Position numbers and translations under genes: made by a program. Positions 12,640-24,427 of a stretch of 64,000 nt of DNA are shown here, one piece after another (within the stretch, counting starts at the first letter, position 1; every line of letters starts with the position of its first letter). The notes under the pieces were generated by a model, which was not told the DNA's origin, searched no databases, and was given only the letters and a program-made list of their open reading frames with translations. Source of the stretch: Mobula hypostoma (lineage: Eukaryota). The stretch is from assembly GCF_963921235.1 (NCBI RefSeq), contig NW_026948187.1:3162001-3226000 (forward strand), in the 5' to 3' direction.

Positions 12640-13786
12640 GTGGGAAGGTGGGGAGACTTCCAGTGTACTTGACACCATCACCTACAAGATGTGCATCCAG
12701 CTGCAGCTTGTAACCCTGCACGTTAGGGAGTTGGAGCTGGAAATGGATGAATTCCAGATCATCTGGGATAGATATGACATGAAGAGAGGTGAGTTACACC
12801 CAAGGTGCAGGACACAGGAAACTGGGTGAGAGTCCGGAAGGGGAATGAGGTTAAATAGCCATCGCAGAGTACTCGTGTGGCCATTACACACAACAACAGG
12901 TAGACCACTTTAGAAACTGTTAGGGGGGATTACCAAGCAGAGGAATGTCAAAGGGCTGATAGGGGATTTGTTAGTTCGGGAATTAAAACTAGCAGAGATC
13001 AAATATCCTCGTGGTAAGGCTTGCTAGTGCTAGTGTGTGGTGGTGGGGGGAGGATAAATTAAGGTTTCAGAAGGGATTGGAGTCAGAATGCCAGAACAGA
13101 TAGTGGAGAGGACGAATTGAAATGACTTGTATCCTTAATATACATGAGAAGTAGAAATCTTTACATTACTTCTCCATCTAAATGTGCAATGTGTAATTTA
13201 TAATAAATCGTTTGTACATGGGACAGTCATTATAACACAGAAATACAATCGCATCAGCATGAATTAATCAGTCTGATGGCCTGGTGGAAGAAGCTGTCCC
13301 GGAGCCTGTTGGGCCTGGCTTTTATGCTGTGGTTCCATTTCCTGGAGGGCAGCAGCTGGAACAGTTTGTGGTTGGGGTGCCTCGGATCCCCAATGATCCT
13401 TCGGGCCTTTATACGCACCTGTCTTTGTAAATGTCCTGAACAGTGGGAAGTTCACATCTACAGATGCTCTGGGCTGTCCACACCACTCTCTGCAGGTTCC
13501 TGCGATTGAGGGAAGTACAGATCCCATACCAGGCAGTGATGCAGTCAGTCAGGATGCTCTCAATTGTGCCCCTGTAGAAAGTCCTTAGGATTTGGGACCG
13601 ATACTAGACTTGCCCAAACATCTGAGGTGAAAGAGGCTCACAGCCACATACCACACAGCCGGTATGTACAGACCAAATGAGATCCTCGGTGGTGTTTATA
13701 CCGAGGAATTTAAAGCTGTTCACCCTCTCAACCCCAGGTCCATTGATGTCAATAGTGATCAGCCTGTCTCCATTCCTTCTGTAGTA

Positions 13787-14525
13787 CAGCGGTCCCCAAC
13801 CATGGGGCCGCAAAGCTTGTGCTAGGGGGCCGGGAGGAACCGATAGGAGTCAGCTGCACCTTTCCTCATTCCCTGTCACGCACTGTTGAACTTGAACACA
13901 GGGTTGTTAACTGTCCCTTATTTGCTGGGACATCCCGTATATTGGGCTAAATTGGTTTGTCCCATACGGATTGTCCCGTATTTCCCCCGCTAAGGTAGAG
14001 TGTTCCTATGAAACCATTCATGCCAAAATGGCGTGAAGCGAAGAAGCAATTACCATTAATGGGAAAAATTTATGAGCATTCCCAGACCCAAAAAATAACC
14101 TACCAAATCATACCAAGTAACATATAAAACCTAAAATAACACTAACATATACAAACGTAGTAAAAGCAGGAATGATATGATAAATACACAGCCTATATAA
14201 GGTAGAAATAATGTATGTACAGTGTCGTCGGGAAGATTAAGCCAAAGCCGATTTGCGGGAAAAAAAATCGGCACGTACGCGCATGTACACACAGTGCCCA
14301 CGCAAGGCTTCATGGTCATTGTAGTCTTTCTCGGGGTAAACGCAAGTGTCCCGTATTTGACTGCTACTTTTGTCCCTTATTTGGGAGTGAGAGAGTCGGC
14401 AACCCTAACTGTAAAAGACATGTTGAGGTGAGTTTAACCCTACTTGAACACTGCCCACCCCCCCCCCACAAGAATATTGTCAATTTTTAACCGGTCCGCG
14501 GTGCAGAAAAGGTCGGGGACCCCTG
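13787..14525. mobile_element. hAT (Charlie-type) MITE
   Basis: TIRs CAGCGGTCCCCAACC / GGTCGGGGACCCCTG; perfect 8-bp TSD CTGTAGTA (13779-13786, 14526-14533). Confidence 0.92.
13899..14442. mobile_element. Second hAT MITE (TAGGGTTG-type ends) nested in the first
   Basis: Starts CAGGGTTG, ends AACCCTA; 8-bp TSD CTTGAACA (13891-13898, 14443-14450); subterminal TGTCCC repeats. Confidence 0.85.
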
Positions 14526-15719
14526 CTGTAGTACACAACCAGTTCCTTTGTTTTTGTGACATTGAGGGAGAGGTTGCTTTCTTGACACCCAGACAGATGT
14601 TGCTCAGACAAAGTCAGCAATCAAAAGGTTGAGCATGGTGCGATGAATGTACTGAGCTGTGTATATCACAATGCAGGAAGCATCATTGGAAAGCCAGATG
14701 AGCTCAGGGCATGGAATCATGATATTGTCGCCATTTCTGGGACTTGGTTGCGCCCAACAGTCTGAGGGATTTTGAGGAACAAATTTGTAGAGAGATCGCA
14801 GATCATGCCAAGAAACAAAGGTTGATTCAGTCAGTGATTATAACTTTCCATATATTGACTGGGGCTCCCATACTTAAAAGGACTAGATGGGGTAGAGTTT
14901 GTGAAATGTGCCCTTAATCAGTACATAGAACTCCTGATGTCGAAGTATGCAATAAGCTGTTAGGGAATGATCCAGGGCTGGTGACAGAAATTAGTGATCA
15001 TAATGCTATGAGATTCAAAGTAAATATGGAAAAAGAGAGGTTTGGACCATGAGTTGAGATTCTAAATTGGAGAAAGGTTAATTTTGATGGTATCAGAAAG
15101 GATCTAGAGGAACAGATTTGTAGAGAGATTGCAGACTATGTTAAGAAACAAATGTTGATGTAGTAAGTGATTATAATTTTCCAAATATTGACTGTGTCTC
15201 CCATACTGTAAAAGGTCTAGCTGGGGTAGAGTTTTTCAAATGTGTCCTTAATCAGCATGTAGAATTCCCAATGTAGAAGTGTGCAATAAGATATTGGGAA
15301 ATGATCCAGGGCTAGTGATGGAAATTAGTGTGTGGGAACACCTTGTATCAACTGATCATAATGCCATGAGATTCCAAGTAAATATGGAAAAGAGAGATCT
15401 GGACCACGGGTTGAGATTCTAAATTGGAGAAAGGTCAATTTTGATGGTATCAGAAAGGATCTGACAAGTGTGGATTGGGACAGGCTGTTTTCTGGCAAAG
15501 GAGTACTTGGTAAGTGGGCATCCTTCAGAAGTGGAATTTTGATGTGTAGAGTTTGTATGAGCCTGCCAAATTAAAAGTTGAAAGGTAACTGGTGCAGGGA
15601 ACCTTGGTATTCAAGAGATATTGAGGCCCCAGATATCTTGTGCCTCTGAATGCCTCAGACTGTTGGGTGCTACCAAGCCTCATTAATGACTGCAAATCAT
15701 AATTCAATGCCCTGAGCAT

Positions 15720-16660
15720 ATCTGATTTTTTTGTAGTTGTCTTCTGTTAGTTTTAAAAACTTTACAATAGTTGTGTTCTATTATTTGCCGTCTCTTTGGC
15801 TTTTATGTTGGCTTTGGCTTCTCGTTTCAGCCATGGTTGTGTCCTCCTGCCTTTCCAATGCTTCCACTTCTTTGAAATGTATCTATCACTCACCTCCTGA
15901 AATTCTCCCAGAATCTCCAGAAATTGCTGCTCCATCATTAATCCTACCAGTCTCTCCTTCCAATCAAGTTTGGCCGGCTCCTCTGTCATAGGAACATGGA
16001 GAAGTTCTGTTAAACAGGTCATTCAGCCCATCGAGACAATGCCTAAAATATTTAAACTCTCTGATGCAACGTCCCACACTGGGACCACAGCCCTCCATAC
16101 CCCCACCATCCAGGTACCCATCCAAATTCAGCTGGCATGAGCCACTTGTGCTGGCATCTCATTCCACACTCTCACAACCATTTCAGTGAAGAGTTTTTCC
16201 ACATGTTCCTCTTAAATTTTCACCTTCCCCATTTACCCATGACCTCTGGTTGTCATCGCACCCAACCTCAGTGGAAAAAGCCTGCTTGCATTTACCCTGT
16301 CTAAACCCTCATAATTGTGTATACTTCCTACAGTTTCTATCTTTAACTTTTATTCTGACAAGCACATATCCAAATTTTTTCAAAATTTTGCTTTGAAGGC
16401 CTCCCATTTACCATAAAGCAGCCTGTCCCAGTCCACAGTTGCCAGATCCGACTGTCATAATTCCAGGTGTTGATCCGTGCCCTGAACACATCCGCCTTTC
16501 CTACGATGCTCCTGGTATTGAAATATACAGGGGTCAGCATATTCACTGCACCATGCTCAACTTTTTCATTTCTGGGTCTGAGATCTGAACAACATCTGTC
16601 TCCACAACCCCTCCACTCTCTGCTCTGTTATTCAGGCTCCCATTCCACCTTCAAATTTAA
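15720..16660 (-). mobile_element. Patchwork of CR1 fragments
   Basis: AKLDWKERL/QPWLKRE (ORF 15762-16022), a 3' end at about 15990-16330, and YFNTRSIVGKAD (endonuclease start). Confidence 0.7.
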
Positions 16661-16709
16661 TTTAACACCCCGCCACATCCCACCTCCCACCACTATCACT
16701 CCTTTGGCT

Positions 16710-19115
16710 TTCATCTCCCAGATCAATGAAAAGCAGGTGCATACCAGGTACAGACAGATAGGAACAAATGAGGTTCTTATGAAGTACAGGAAATTCAAGT
16801 GAACACTTATGAAAGAAATAAAAGAAGGCATGAGGTTGCCCCAGCAGACAAGGTGAAGGAGAATCCTCAGGGATTCTGCAGATATGCTAAAGCAAAAAGA
16901 TTGCAAGGGAAATAATTAATCTTCAGCAAGATCAAAATGATAATCCATATGAGGAGACAAAATAGATGTGGGAGATATTTTTTGCATCCGTATTTACTCA
17001 GGAGATGGACACAGAGTCTATGGAAGTGAGGCAAAGCAGCATCAACTTCATGGACCTGTACAGATTACAGAGGTGGAGGTGTTTGCTGTCTTATGCCAAA
17101 TTAGCGTCGATAAATCCCCAGGGCTTGACAAGTTGTTCCCTGGGACCCTGCAGAAGACAGGTGCAGAAATTGTCGAGGCCCAAGCATAGATAAATAATTC
17201 ACTCTTCGTGACAGGTGACGGACTGGAGGATTGGAGGACAGCCAATGTTGTTCTGCTGTTCAAGAAAATCTCTAAAAATATATGAGGAAATCTTATGTTG
17301 GTGAGCTTGACATCAGTAGGGGGAAAGTTATTGCAACACATGTGCAGGAACCAGATGTATAAGTATTTGGATAGATGTGGACTGATTAAGTATAGGCAGC
17401 ATGGCTTTGTGCATGGCAGGTCATGTCTAGCCAATCTTACAGATTTTCTCGAGGAAGTTATAAGGAAAGTGGATTAAGGCAAAGCAGTGGATGTAGTCTA
17501 CATGGACTTTTGCAAAGCACTTGACAAGGTCTCATATGGGTGGTTGGTCAAGAAGGTTCAGTCACTCAGCACTTAAGATTAGACATTAAATTGGATGACG
17601 CACTGAAGCCAGAGTGTGGTAGCAGATGTTTGTCCCTCTGACTGCAACCTGTGACTGGTGGTGTGCCATAGAGATCAGTGCTGGGTCTGTTATTGTTTGT
17701 CATCTATATCAGTAATCTGCAGTGAGGAAGGTTTTCAAAGCTTGCAGAGGGATTTGGACCAGCTGGAAAAATGGGCTGAAAAATGGCAGATGGAGTTTAA
17801 TACAGACAAGTGTGAGGTATTGCATTTTGGAAGGACAAACGAAGGTAGAACATACAGGGTAAATGATAAGGCACTGAGGAGTGCAGTGGAACAGAGTGAT
17901 CTGTGAATACAGATACAAAATTCCCTAAAAGTGTCATCACAGGTAGATAGGGTCATAAAGAGAGCTTTTGGTACATCGGCCTTTATTAATCAAAGTATTG
18001 AGTATAAGAGTTGGAATGTTATGATGAGGTTGTATAAGGCATTGACGAGGCTGAATTTGGAGTATTGTGTACAGTTTTGGTCACCAAATTACAGAAAGAA
18101 AATTAATAAGGTTCAAAGAGTGCAGAGTAGGTTTACAAGGATTTTGCCGGGACTTGAGAAACTGAGTTACATGGAAAGGTTGAATAGGTTAGGACTTTAT
18201 TCCCTGAAGCGTAGAAGGATGAGGGGAGATATGATAGAGGTATGTACAATTATAGAAACATAGAAACATAGAAAATAGGTGCAGGAGTAGGCCATTCGGC
18301 CCTTCGAGCCTGCACCGCCATTTATTATGATCATGGCTGATCATCCAACTCAGAACCCTGCCCCAGCCTTCCCTCCATACCCCCTGACCCCCGTAGCCAC
18401 AAGGGCCATATCTAACTCCCTCTTAAATATAGCCAATGAACTGGCCTCAATTGTTTCCTGTGGCAGAGAATTCCACAGATTCACCACTCTCTGTGTGAAG
18501 AAGTTTTTCCTAATCTCGGTCCTAAAAGGCTTCCCCTCTATCCTCAAACTGTGGCCCCTCGTTCTGGACTTCCCCAACACCGGGAACAATCTTCCTGCAT
18601 CTAGCCTGTCCAATCCCTTTAGGATCTTATACGTTTCAATCAGATCCCCCCTCAATCTTCTAAATTCCAACGAGTACAAGCCCAGTTCATCCAGTCTTTC
18701 TTCATATGAAAGTCCTGCCATCCCAGGAATCAATCTGGTGAACCTTCTTTGTACTCTCTTTGTACTTTCTTTGTTTATGATGGATATAGATAGAGTGAAT
18801 GCGATCAGGCATTTTCCACTGAGGCTAGGGGAGAAAAAAAAAACATGGGTTATAGATGATGGGGGGAAGTTTAAAGGGAACATTTGGGGGGCTTCTTCAC
18901 ACAGAGAGTGGTGGGAGTATGGAATGAGCTGCCAGATGAGGTGGTAAATGCGGGTTCTTTTTTAACATTTAAGAATAAATTGGACAGATACATGGATGAG
19001 AGGTGTATGGAGGGATATGGTCCAGGTGCAGGGCAGTGGGACTAGGCAGAAAATGGTTTGGCACAGCCAAGAAGGGTCAAAAGGCCTGTTTCTGTGCTCT
19101 AATGTTCTATGATAA
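16710..19115 (+). mobile_element. CR1 LINE ORF2 3' half, degenerate, carrying a younger CR1 insertion
   Basis: FASVFTQE, DKSPG, QHGFVHGRSCL, WAEKWQMEFN, LEYCVQFWSP; 3' UTR ends ttctatg. Confidence 0.9.
18254..18757 (-). mobile_element. Young 5'-truncated CR1 with (TTCTATGT)n tail
   Basis: Near-identical to 56545-57049; the host sequence TTAT appears on both sides. Confidence 0.92.
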
Positions 19116-19194
19116 CATGGTTAGCTGGAGCAGCAAATTTGTGGATGAAACCGAGACTCGGGGTTTAAGAGACTGTGCGAGGTCTATCATGGCT

Positions 19195-20010
19195 TGCAGT
19201 GCAAACTGGAGCAGCTGGAAAAGTGGCCTGAGAATTGGAAAATAGAATTTAATGCAGACAAATGTGATGTGTTGAACTTTGGTAGGACCTACAAATGTAG
19301 ATCTTTCTCAGTGGCTGGTAGGGCATAGAGGAGTGTTGTTGAAGAAAGGGATCTGGGAATACAGGTGTATATTTTATTGGAAGTGGTGTCACAGTTAGAT
19401 AGGGACAGAAGGAAAGATTTTGGCACATCGGCCTTCATTAATTGAAGTACTGAGTACAGGAGATGGATGTTATGTTGACTTTGTACAAGACATTGGTGAG
19501 GCCTAATTTGGAGTATTGTGTGCAGTTTTGGTGACCTACTTACAGGAAAGATGTTAAAGAGGTTGAAAGAGTTCAGAGAAAATTTGCAAGGACTTTGCCA
19601 GGTCTGGTGGACTTAGGTTATGAGGAGAGATTGAACAGGCCAGGGCTTTATTCCTTGGAATGTAGAAGATTAAGGGGAGGTTTGATGGAGGTGTACCAAA
19701 ATTATGAGGGTTATAGATAGGGTAAATGTAAGCTGGGATTGGGTGGGACTACAACCAGAGGCCATGGGTTAAGGGTGAAAGGTGAAATGTTAAGGGGAAC
19801 ATGAGGGGAAACTTCCTCACACAGAGGGTCATCCAGGTGTGGAATGAGCATCCAGCACAACTGGTGTATGTGAGCTCAATTTCAACATTTATGAAGTTTG
19901 TATAGGTACCGGGATTGTAGGGGTATGGGAGTGGAAAGTTTAAATAGTTCAACTCCAACTATATGGGCCAAAGGGCCTGTTTCTGTGTTGTACTTTTCTA
20001 TGACTGTGAC
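19195..20010 (+). mobile_element. CR1 3' fragment
   Basis: gaggcctaatttggagtattgtgtgcagttttgg (RPNLEYCVQFW) through the 3' UTR gggcctgtttctgtgttg. Confidence 0.85.
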
Positions 20011-20911
20011 AAGAACCTTCAGTAATACTAATATTCACTCAAATTCCTTTTAACAGCTGTGCAGACCAACCATACATCTGAGTAGGAGATATTTACATGG
20101 CATTAAAACTGTGGCACTTTCAGTTAACAGTACATAAAGAAAATCCGAGCTGCACATTAGCAAAGGCTATTTGTGTGAGAGTGCTTCAGTTACTGTGAGG
20201 CCAGGCAATGCCGCTCAGGCAGAACGGGGAATAACACCAGTGGAGAGAGTCAAACCGAACCAGGTCACAGATTGGAGTTGGCAGAAATGCCCCATTCTTA
20301 TAGAGACAGGAAGAGCATCAGAGAATTTGATGGTCATTCCAGTCACCAGCACTGTGACCAGCTAGAAGATGATTTCTCTCTCCAACTTGGGTTGAACCTC
20401 ACTGTAACAGTGCGATGTCGGATCACACCTTGGCAACTAAAGTGATCTTATCTGAACTGTTATCCTTCACCCATTGATGGATTTTGTAAATCTTTTTTCA
20501 GGTTTAAAAAGGACAGGGAATTTGTCTTTGGGAATCTCGAACACGGCACGCCAATTTTGCTGTCTCTGTCTTGATATTTAAGAAGTGGAGCAAGGGATTC
20601 ACTCGATCATCCTTCCTGCTCAGACTGTGGGGAGGGATTCACTCGATCATCTGAACGACTGACATGCCCGTCATTTTACACAGGGGGGGAACCCATTCAT
20701 CTGCTCAGACAGTGGGAATGGATTCACTCGGTCATCTCAACTGAAGGTACATCAGCAAGTTCACACCGGGACAAGGACATTCACCTGTTCTGTGTGTGGG
20801 AAGGGATTCAGTCGGTCTTCCCACCTGTGGACACACTGGTCAGTTCACACTGGGCAGAGGCTGGTCATCTGCTGAATTTGTGGGGAAGGATTCACTCGGT
20901 CATCTGACCTA

Positions 20912-22033
20912 ATGGCTCACCAGTCAGTTCACACCGGGGAGTGGCCGTTCTCTTGCTCGGACTGTGGGAAGAGATTCACTTGCTCATCTAAACTGAAGGT
21001 ACATCAGAGAGTTCACACTGGAGAGAGGCCGTTCACCTGCTCAGTCTGTGGGAAGAGATTCACTCAGTCATCCAACCTACAGAGTCACCAACGAGTTCAC
21101 ACTGGGGAGAAGTCATTCACCTGCAAAGACTGTGGAAAGGGATTCACTAAGTCATCCACCCTATTGGCACACCAGTACGTTCATACTGGGGAGAGGCCAT
21201 TCACCTGCTCAGAATGTGGGAAAGGATGCACTCAGTCATCTGATCTGCTTGTACACCAGCGAGTTCATACTGGGGAGAGGCCATTCACCTGCTCAGACTG
21301 TGGGAAAAGATTCAGTCATTCATCCAACCTAATGGCGCACCAGCGAGTTCACACTGGGGAAAGGGTGTTTACCTGCTCATTCTGTGGGAAGAGATTCACT
21401 TGGTCATCTAACCTAATGGTGCACCAGCGAGTTCACACTGGAGACAGGCCGTTCACCTGCTTAGACTGTGGAAAGAGATTCACTCGGGCATCTCACCTAC
21501 TGACACACCAGTCAGTTCACACTGGGGAGAGGCCGTTCACCTGCTCGGTCTGTGGAAAGGGATTCACTCGGGCATCTCACCTACTGACACATCAGCGAGT
21601 TCACACTGGGGAGAGGCCGATCACCTGCTCAGACTGTGGGCAGGGATTCACTCGGGCATCTCACCTACTGAGACACCAGTCAGTTCACACTGGGGAGAGG
21701 CCATTCACCTGCTCAGAATGTGGCAAGGGATTCACTCGGTCATCTAATCTGCTGGCACACCAGCGAGTTCACACTGGGGAGAGGCTGTTTACCTGCTCAG
21801 TCTGTGGGAAGAGATTCACTCGGTCATCCAACCTAATGGTGCACCAGCGAGTTCATACTGGAGACAGGCCGTTCACCTGCTCAGACTGTGGGAAGGCATT
21901 CACACATTCATCCAACCTACAGAGACACCAGCATGTTCACAGTGGGGAGAGGCCATTCACCTGCTCAGACTGTGGGAAGGGATTCACTCGGGCATCTCAC
22001 CTACTGACACACCAGTCAGTTCACACTGGGTAG
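20912..22033 (+). CDS. Tandem C2H2 zinc-finger protein, 13 fingers, no effector domain visible
   Basis: 13 x CxxCx12HxxxH with TGERP-type linkers, 373 aa open frame; candidate splice acceptor tcttttttcag ending at 20501; degenerate fingers on both sides (about 20610-20911 and 22034-22200). Confidence 0.9.
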   Translation: MAHQSVHTGEWPFSCSDCGKRFTCSSKLKVHQRVHTGERPFTCSVCGKRFTQSSNLQSHQRVHTGEKSFTCKDCGKGFTKSSTLLAHQYVHTGERPFTCSECGKGCTQSSDLLVHQRVHTGERPFTCSDCGKRFSHSSNLMAHQRVHTGERVFTCSFCGKRFTWSSNLMVHQRVHTGDRPFTCLDCGKRFTRASHLLTHQSVHTGERPFTCSVCGKGFTRASHLLTHQRVHTGERPITCSDCGQGFTRASHLLRHQSVHTGERPFTCSECGKGFTRSSNLLAHQRVHTGERLFTCSVCGKRFTRSSNLMVHQRVHTGDRPFTCSDCGKAFTHSSNLQRHQHVHSGERPFTCSDCGKGFTRASHLLTHQSVHTG

Positions 22034-22398
22034 AGGCCGTTCACCTGCTCAGACTTTGGGAAGAGATTCTCTCTGTCACCTCAACTGTATGTGCATCATT
22101 CAGTTCACACTGGGGAGAGGCCGGTCAAGTGCTGTGAATGTGGGAAGGGATTCACTTAGTAATCTAACCTTGTGACATATTACCGGGTTCACACTTGGGA
22201 GAAAGTTTCAATAAGCTGTATGCTGGACATTTGTCTATCACTGTTGCTGAATGCAATTTCGAGAATGACTATCGGTGCTGAACTCTGCAATTATTGCTGC
22301 TGCTCACCACACCCAGTTCTGCACCCTGGTCACTGGGCATGGGAGGAGTTTATTCTGCTGCATATTCACCTTTAATGGGACTGGAGTTTAATATTCTG

Positions 22399-22907
22399 TG
22401 TAGTGTTCTCAGTAATATTAGTTGGACTGTTAACTGTTAATTGCTAATTACAAAATGGCTTCTCTGAAGTGTTATACTAAAAGGGCTTCCCGTACTGTTT
22501 ACTGCTGAGTAAGGGGTTCTCTGTAACAGCATGTTTGGGTTATAATTAGTGATAATGGGAATTGTATTCATTTGCCAGCCAATGGAAGTCATGCTGTGCT
22601 ATCTTGCATGTGTGTGCTGAGCTGAGGATCGGGGGCTTTTTCAGGTGGCAAGTGGAGAGGACGGATGTGTGGGGAGCGGACAGCGGTTCCAGGGCAGCAG
22701 ATACCAGACCCTGGGGGTTTGGATTGTGGCTGGAGTCTTGGAAGGACATTGTGAATGGAATTGGAGGCGTGAGCTCCAACGTATTAAAATATTAGGTGCA
22801 CAAGACTGATAAGTTACTTATGTGGCACCTTTTCTTTTAGTTGTTTCTACTAACCCATCATTACGAATTGCTATAAAGTATGTTCTGGTGGGATGAAAGA
22901 CGTTACA
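22399..22907 (+). repeat. Gypsy 5' LTR
   Basis: TGTAG...GTTACA termini; 22561-22880 aligns with 29228-29540. Confidence 0.85.
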
Positions 22908-22910
22908 TTC

Positions 22911-22933
22911 TGGGGGCTCGTCCAGGATTTGAA
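22911..22933 (+). promoter_or_regulatory. Primer-binding site, tRNA-Pro
   Basis: TGGGGGCTCGTCCAGGATTTGAA versus the tRNA-Pro complement TGGGGGCTCGTCCGGGATTTGAA (22/23), 3 nt after the LTR end. Confidence 0.9.
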
Positions 22934-22977
22934 TTCTGTCAGATACAGAGTAAGTTACCGGGTTTAAATTAGGGGAG

Positions 22978-24407
22978 ATGGACTCAGATAAGATTGAACT
23001 TTGGTGTGAGATCGATGATGTCCCAGTTAATCATACCTGCTTACTAAGGGGGTGGACATACGTACTCCGGACGATGTGCTAATACGATGTTTGACTATGG
23101 TCAGAGCTATCGGTAAGGTTGAGATTGTAAGCAGAAATATTGGTAAAATGTGGGACTCAGCCTTTCTGCTGGTACAGACGGGTGCTGACGTCAAGGAATT
23201 GGGACTGCAGCCGTGTATCAGTGACATAGGTGAGGCGGGTCTATGGGGCGTGCACACTGTCATGGAGGAAGTGTTTGAAGGGACACCAATAGCGTTGCCC
23301 GCGGCTTGGGGTGCAGATTTTAGAGAGCGGGTCAGTCGTTTTTGAAGGATGAAAGAAGGGAGTGGTCAAATTTTGAGAATGTAATTGATTCTCATTCCCC
23401 ACGGAAGGAGGAAGGCTCTGAGTTGGCTTCAGCCATTATCTCCCTGGTGAACAGGGCGGTGGGTCCGCGTCAGAAGTTAAGAATTTTCTCAGGGATGACT
23501 CCCATTCCCGAAGGGAAAGATGATGATGAAACCTGGGCAGAACATACCTCTCAGCTGCTGGGTGAGTGGCAGTGTTCTGAGGAGGAGAAGCAGCAAAGAG
23601 TGGGAGAAAGTTTGAGAAGGGTGGCAGCTGAGGTGGTAAAAGGCGTGGAAGTTAACCAGCCCTTGGCTTCCTGGAAGGAGTATCTGGAAGCATTCGTCGT
23701 CTGAACCCTCAGTGCCTAGGTGGCACATGGGGCCTCCACAAGGGTCTAGAAGCATTAGAGGAGGCTTTTGGGCTAACTGGGGGCAGGGTTGAGCTTTCAG
23801 GGGGAATTCAGAATTTGTGTCAGGAGAAAGGGGAAAAGCTTTCTGAGTATCTTTTCCGGCTGGAGCGAAGGCTAAATTGCTTGAGACGCCGGGGATCATT
23901 TCAGGGAATGAGGTGGATCGGATAAGGATCGACCAGGTAGCCAGGGGCATGCAGAGACATGATGCGGTCGCTACGAGCCTCCGGCAGCCCCGTAGAACGC
24001 GTCCGTCACCCCTGTCTTTTGTTCGGTTGCTCAGAGAGGTAAGGGAGGAGGAGGACACATTGGAAGTGGAAGAGGGCCTCGTTAGGACGGTGCCGTCCTC
24101 GGTAGCAGCTCCTTGTGGTGAAATGACCGGGGCCAGATCCACGCGGGATATAGCAAAAGAGGTCGCGGCAGGTGGAGTCTCTCCACGTGGGGGGACTAGT
24201 GGAAAAAGCCCCTCCCTGAAGGGACGGACAGCACTGAGGCCAGGCAGAGGCTGGGGTCTCGCGAGACGAGGCGTGTGCCATAACTGTGGGGAAGAGGGGA
24301 ACTTCAGGTGGGAATGTGAACGGCAGGGAGCCCCTTGGAGGGAGAGCCCCCGGGTGTCCCAGCTGGAGAGGAGGGGGGTGTTGGGAAACTTAGAAGAGAC
24401 TCAGTGA
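22978..24407 (+). pseudogene. Gag: PNMA-like capsid plus CCHC knuckle, frameshifted
   Basis: KLRIFSGMTPIPEG...ETWAEH...EEEKQQRVGESLRRVAAEVV; knuckle CHNCGEEGNFRWEC (His replaced by Asn). Confidence 0.85.
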
Positions 24408-24427
24408 GAGTACGGACTGGAGTTTTC
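24383..24427 (+). promoter_or_regulatory. -1 programmed ribosomal frameshift signal (gag-pol)
   Basis: G GGA AAC heptamer in the gag frame at 24383-24389; the protease ORF (24335-24880) is in the -1 frame; downstream hairpin gagactcagt/actggagtttt. Confidence 0.75.

Larger units (their letters stand above)
13115..14590 (-). mobile_element. Rex1-type LINE 3' portion, host of the MITE
   Basis: GVERVNSFKFLGINTTEDLIWS (ORF 13604-13813); similar to 3200-3290 on both sides of the MITE. Confidence 0.8.
12680..15630 (+). mobile_element. Old CR1 5' part (ORF1 remnant plus endonuclease), interrupted by Rex1 and MITEs, with an internal tandem duplication of about 333 bp
   Basis: aagatgtgcatccagctgcagc (KCIQLQ-like, ORF1). 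EN-region sequence at 14650-15630 resembles 39.6-40.0 kb. gaggaaca.atttgtagagagat.gcaga occurs at about 14774 and 15107. Confidence 0.7.

Noticed and set aside
22911-22933. tRNA gene
   Set aside because: Only the 3' complement (PBS) is present; no full tRNA, rRNA or snRNA gene was recognised in the window.
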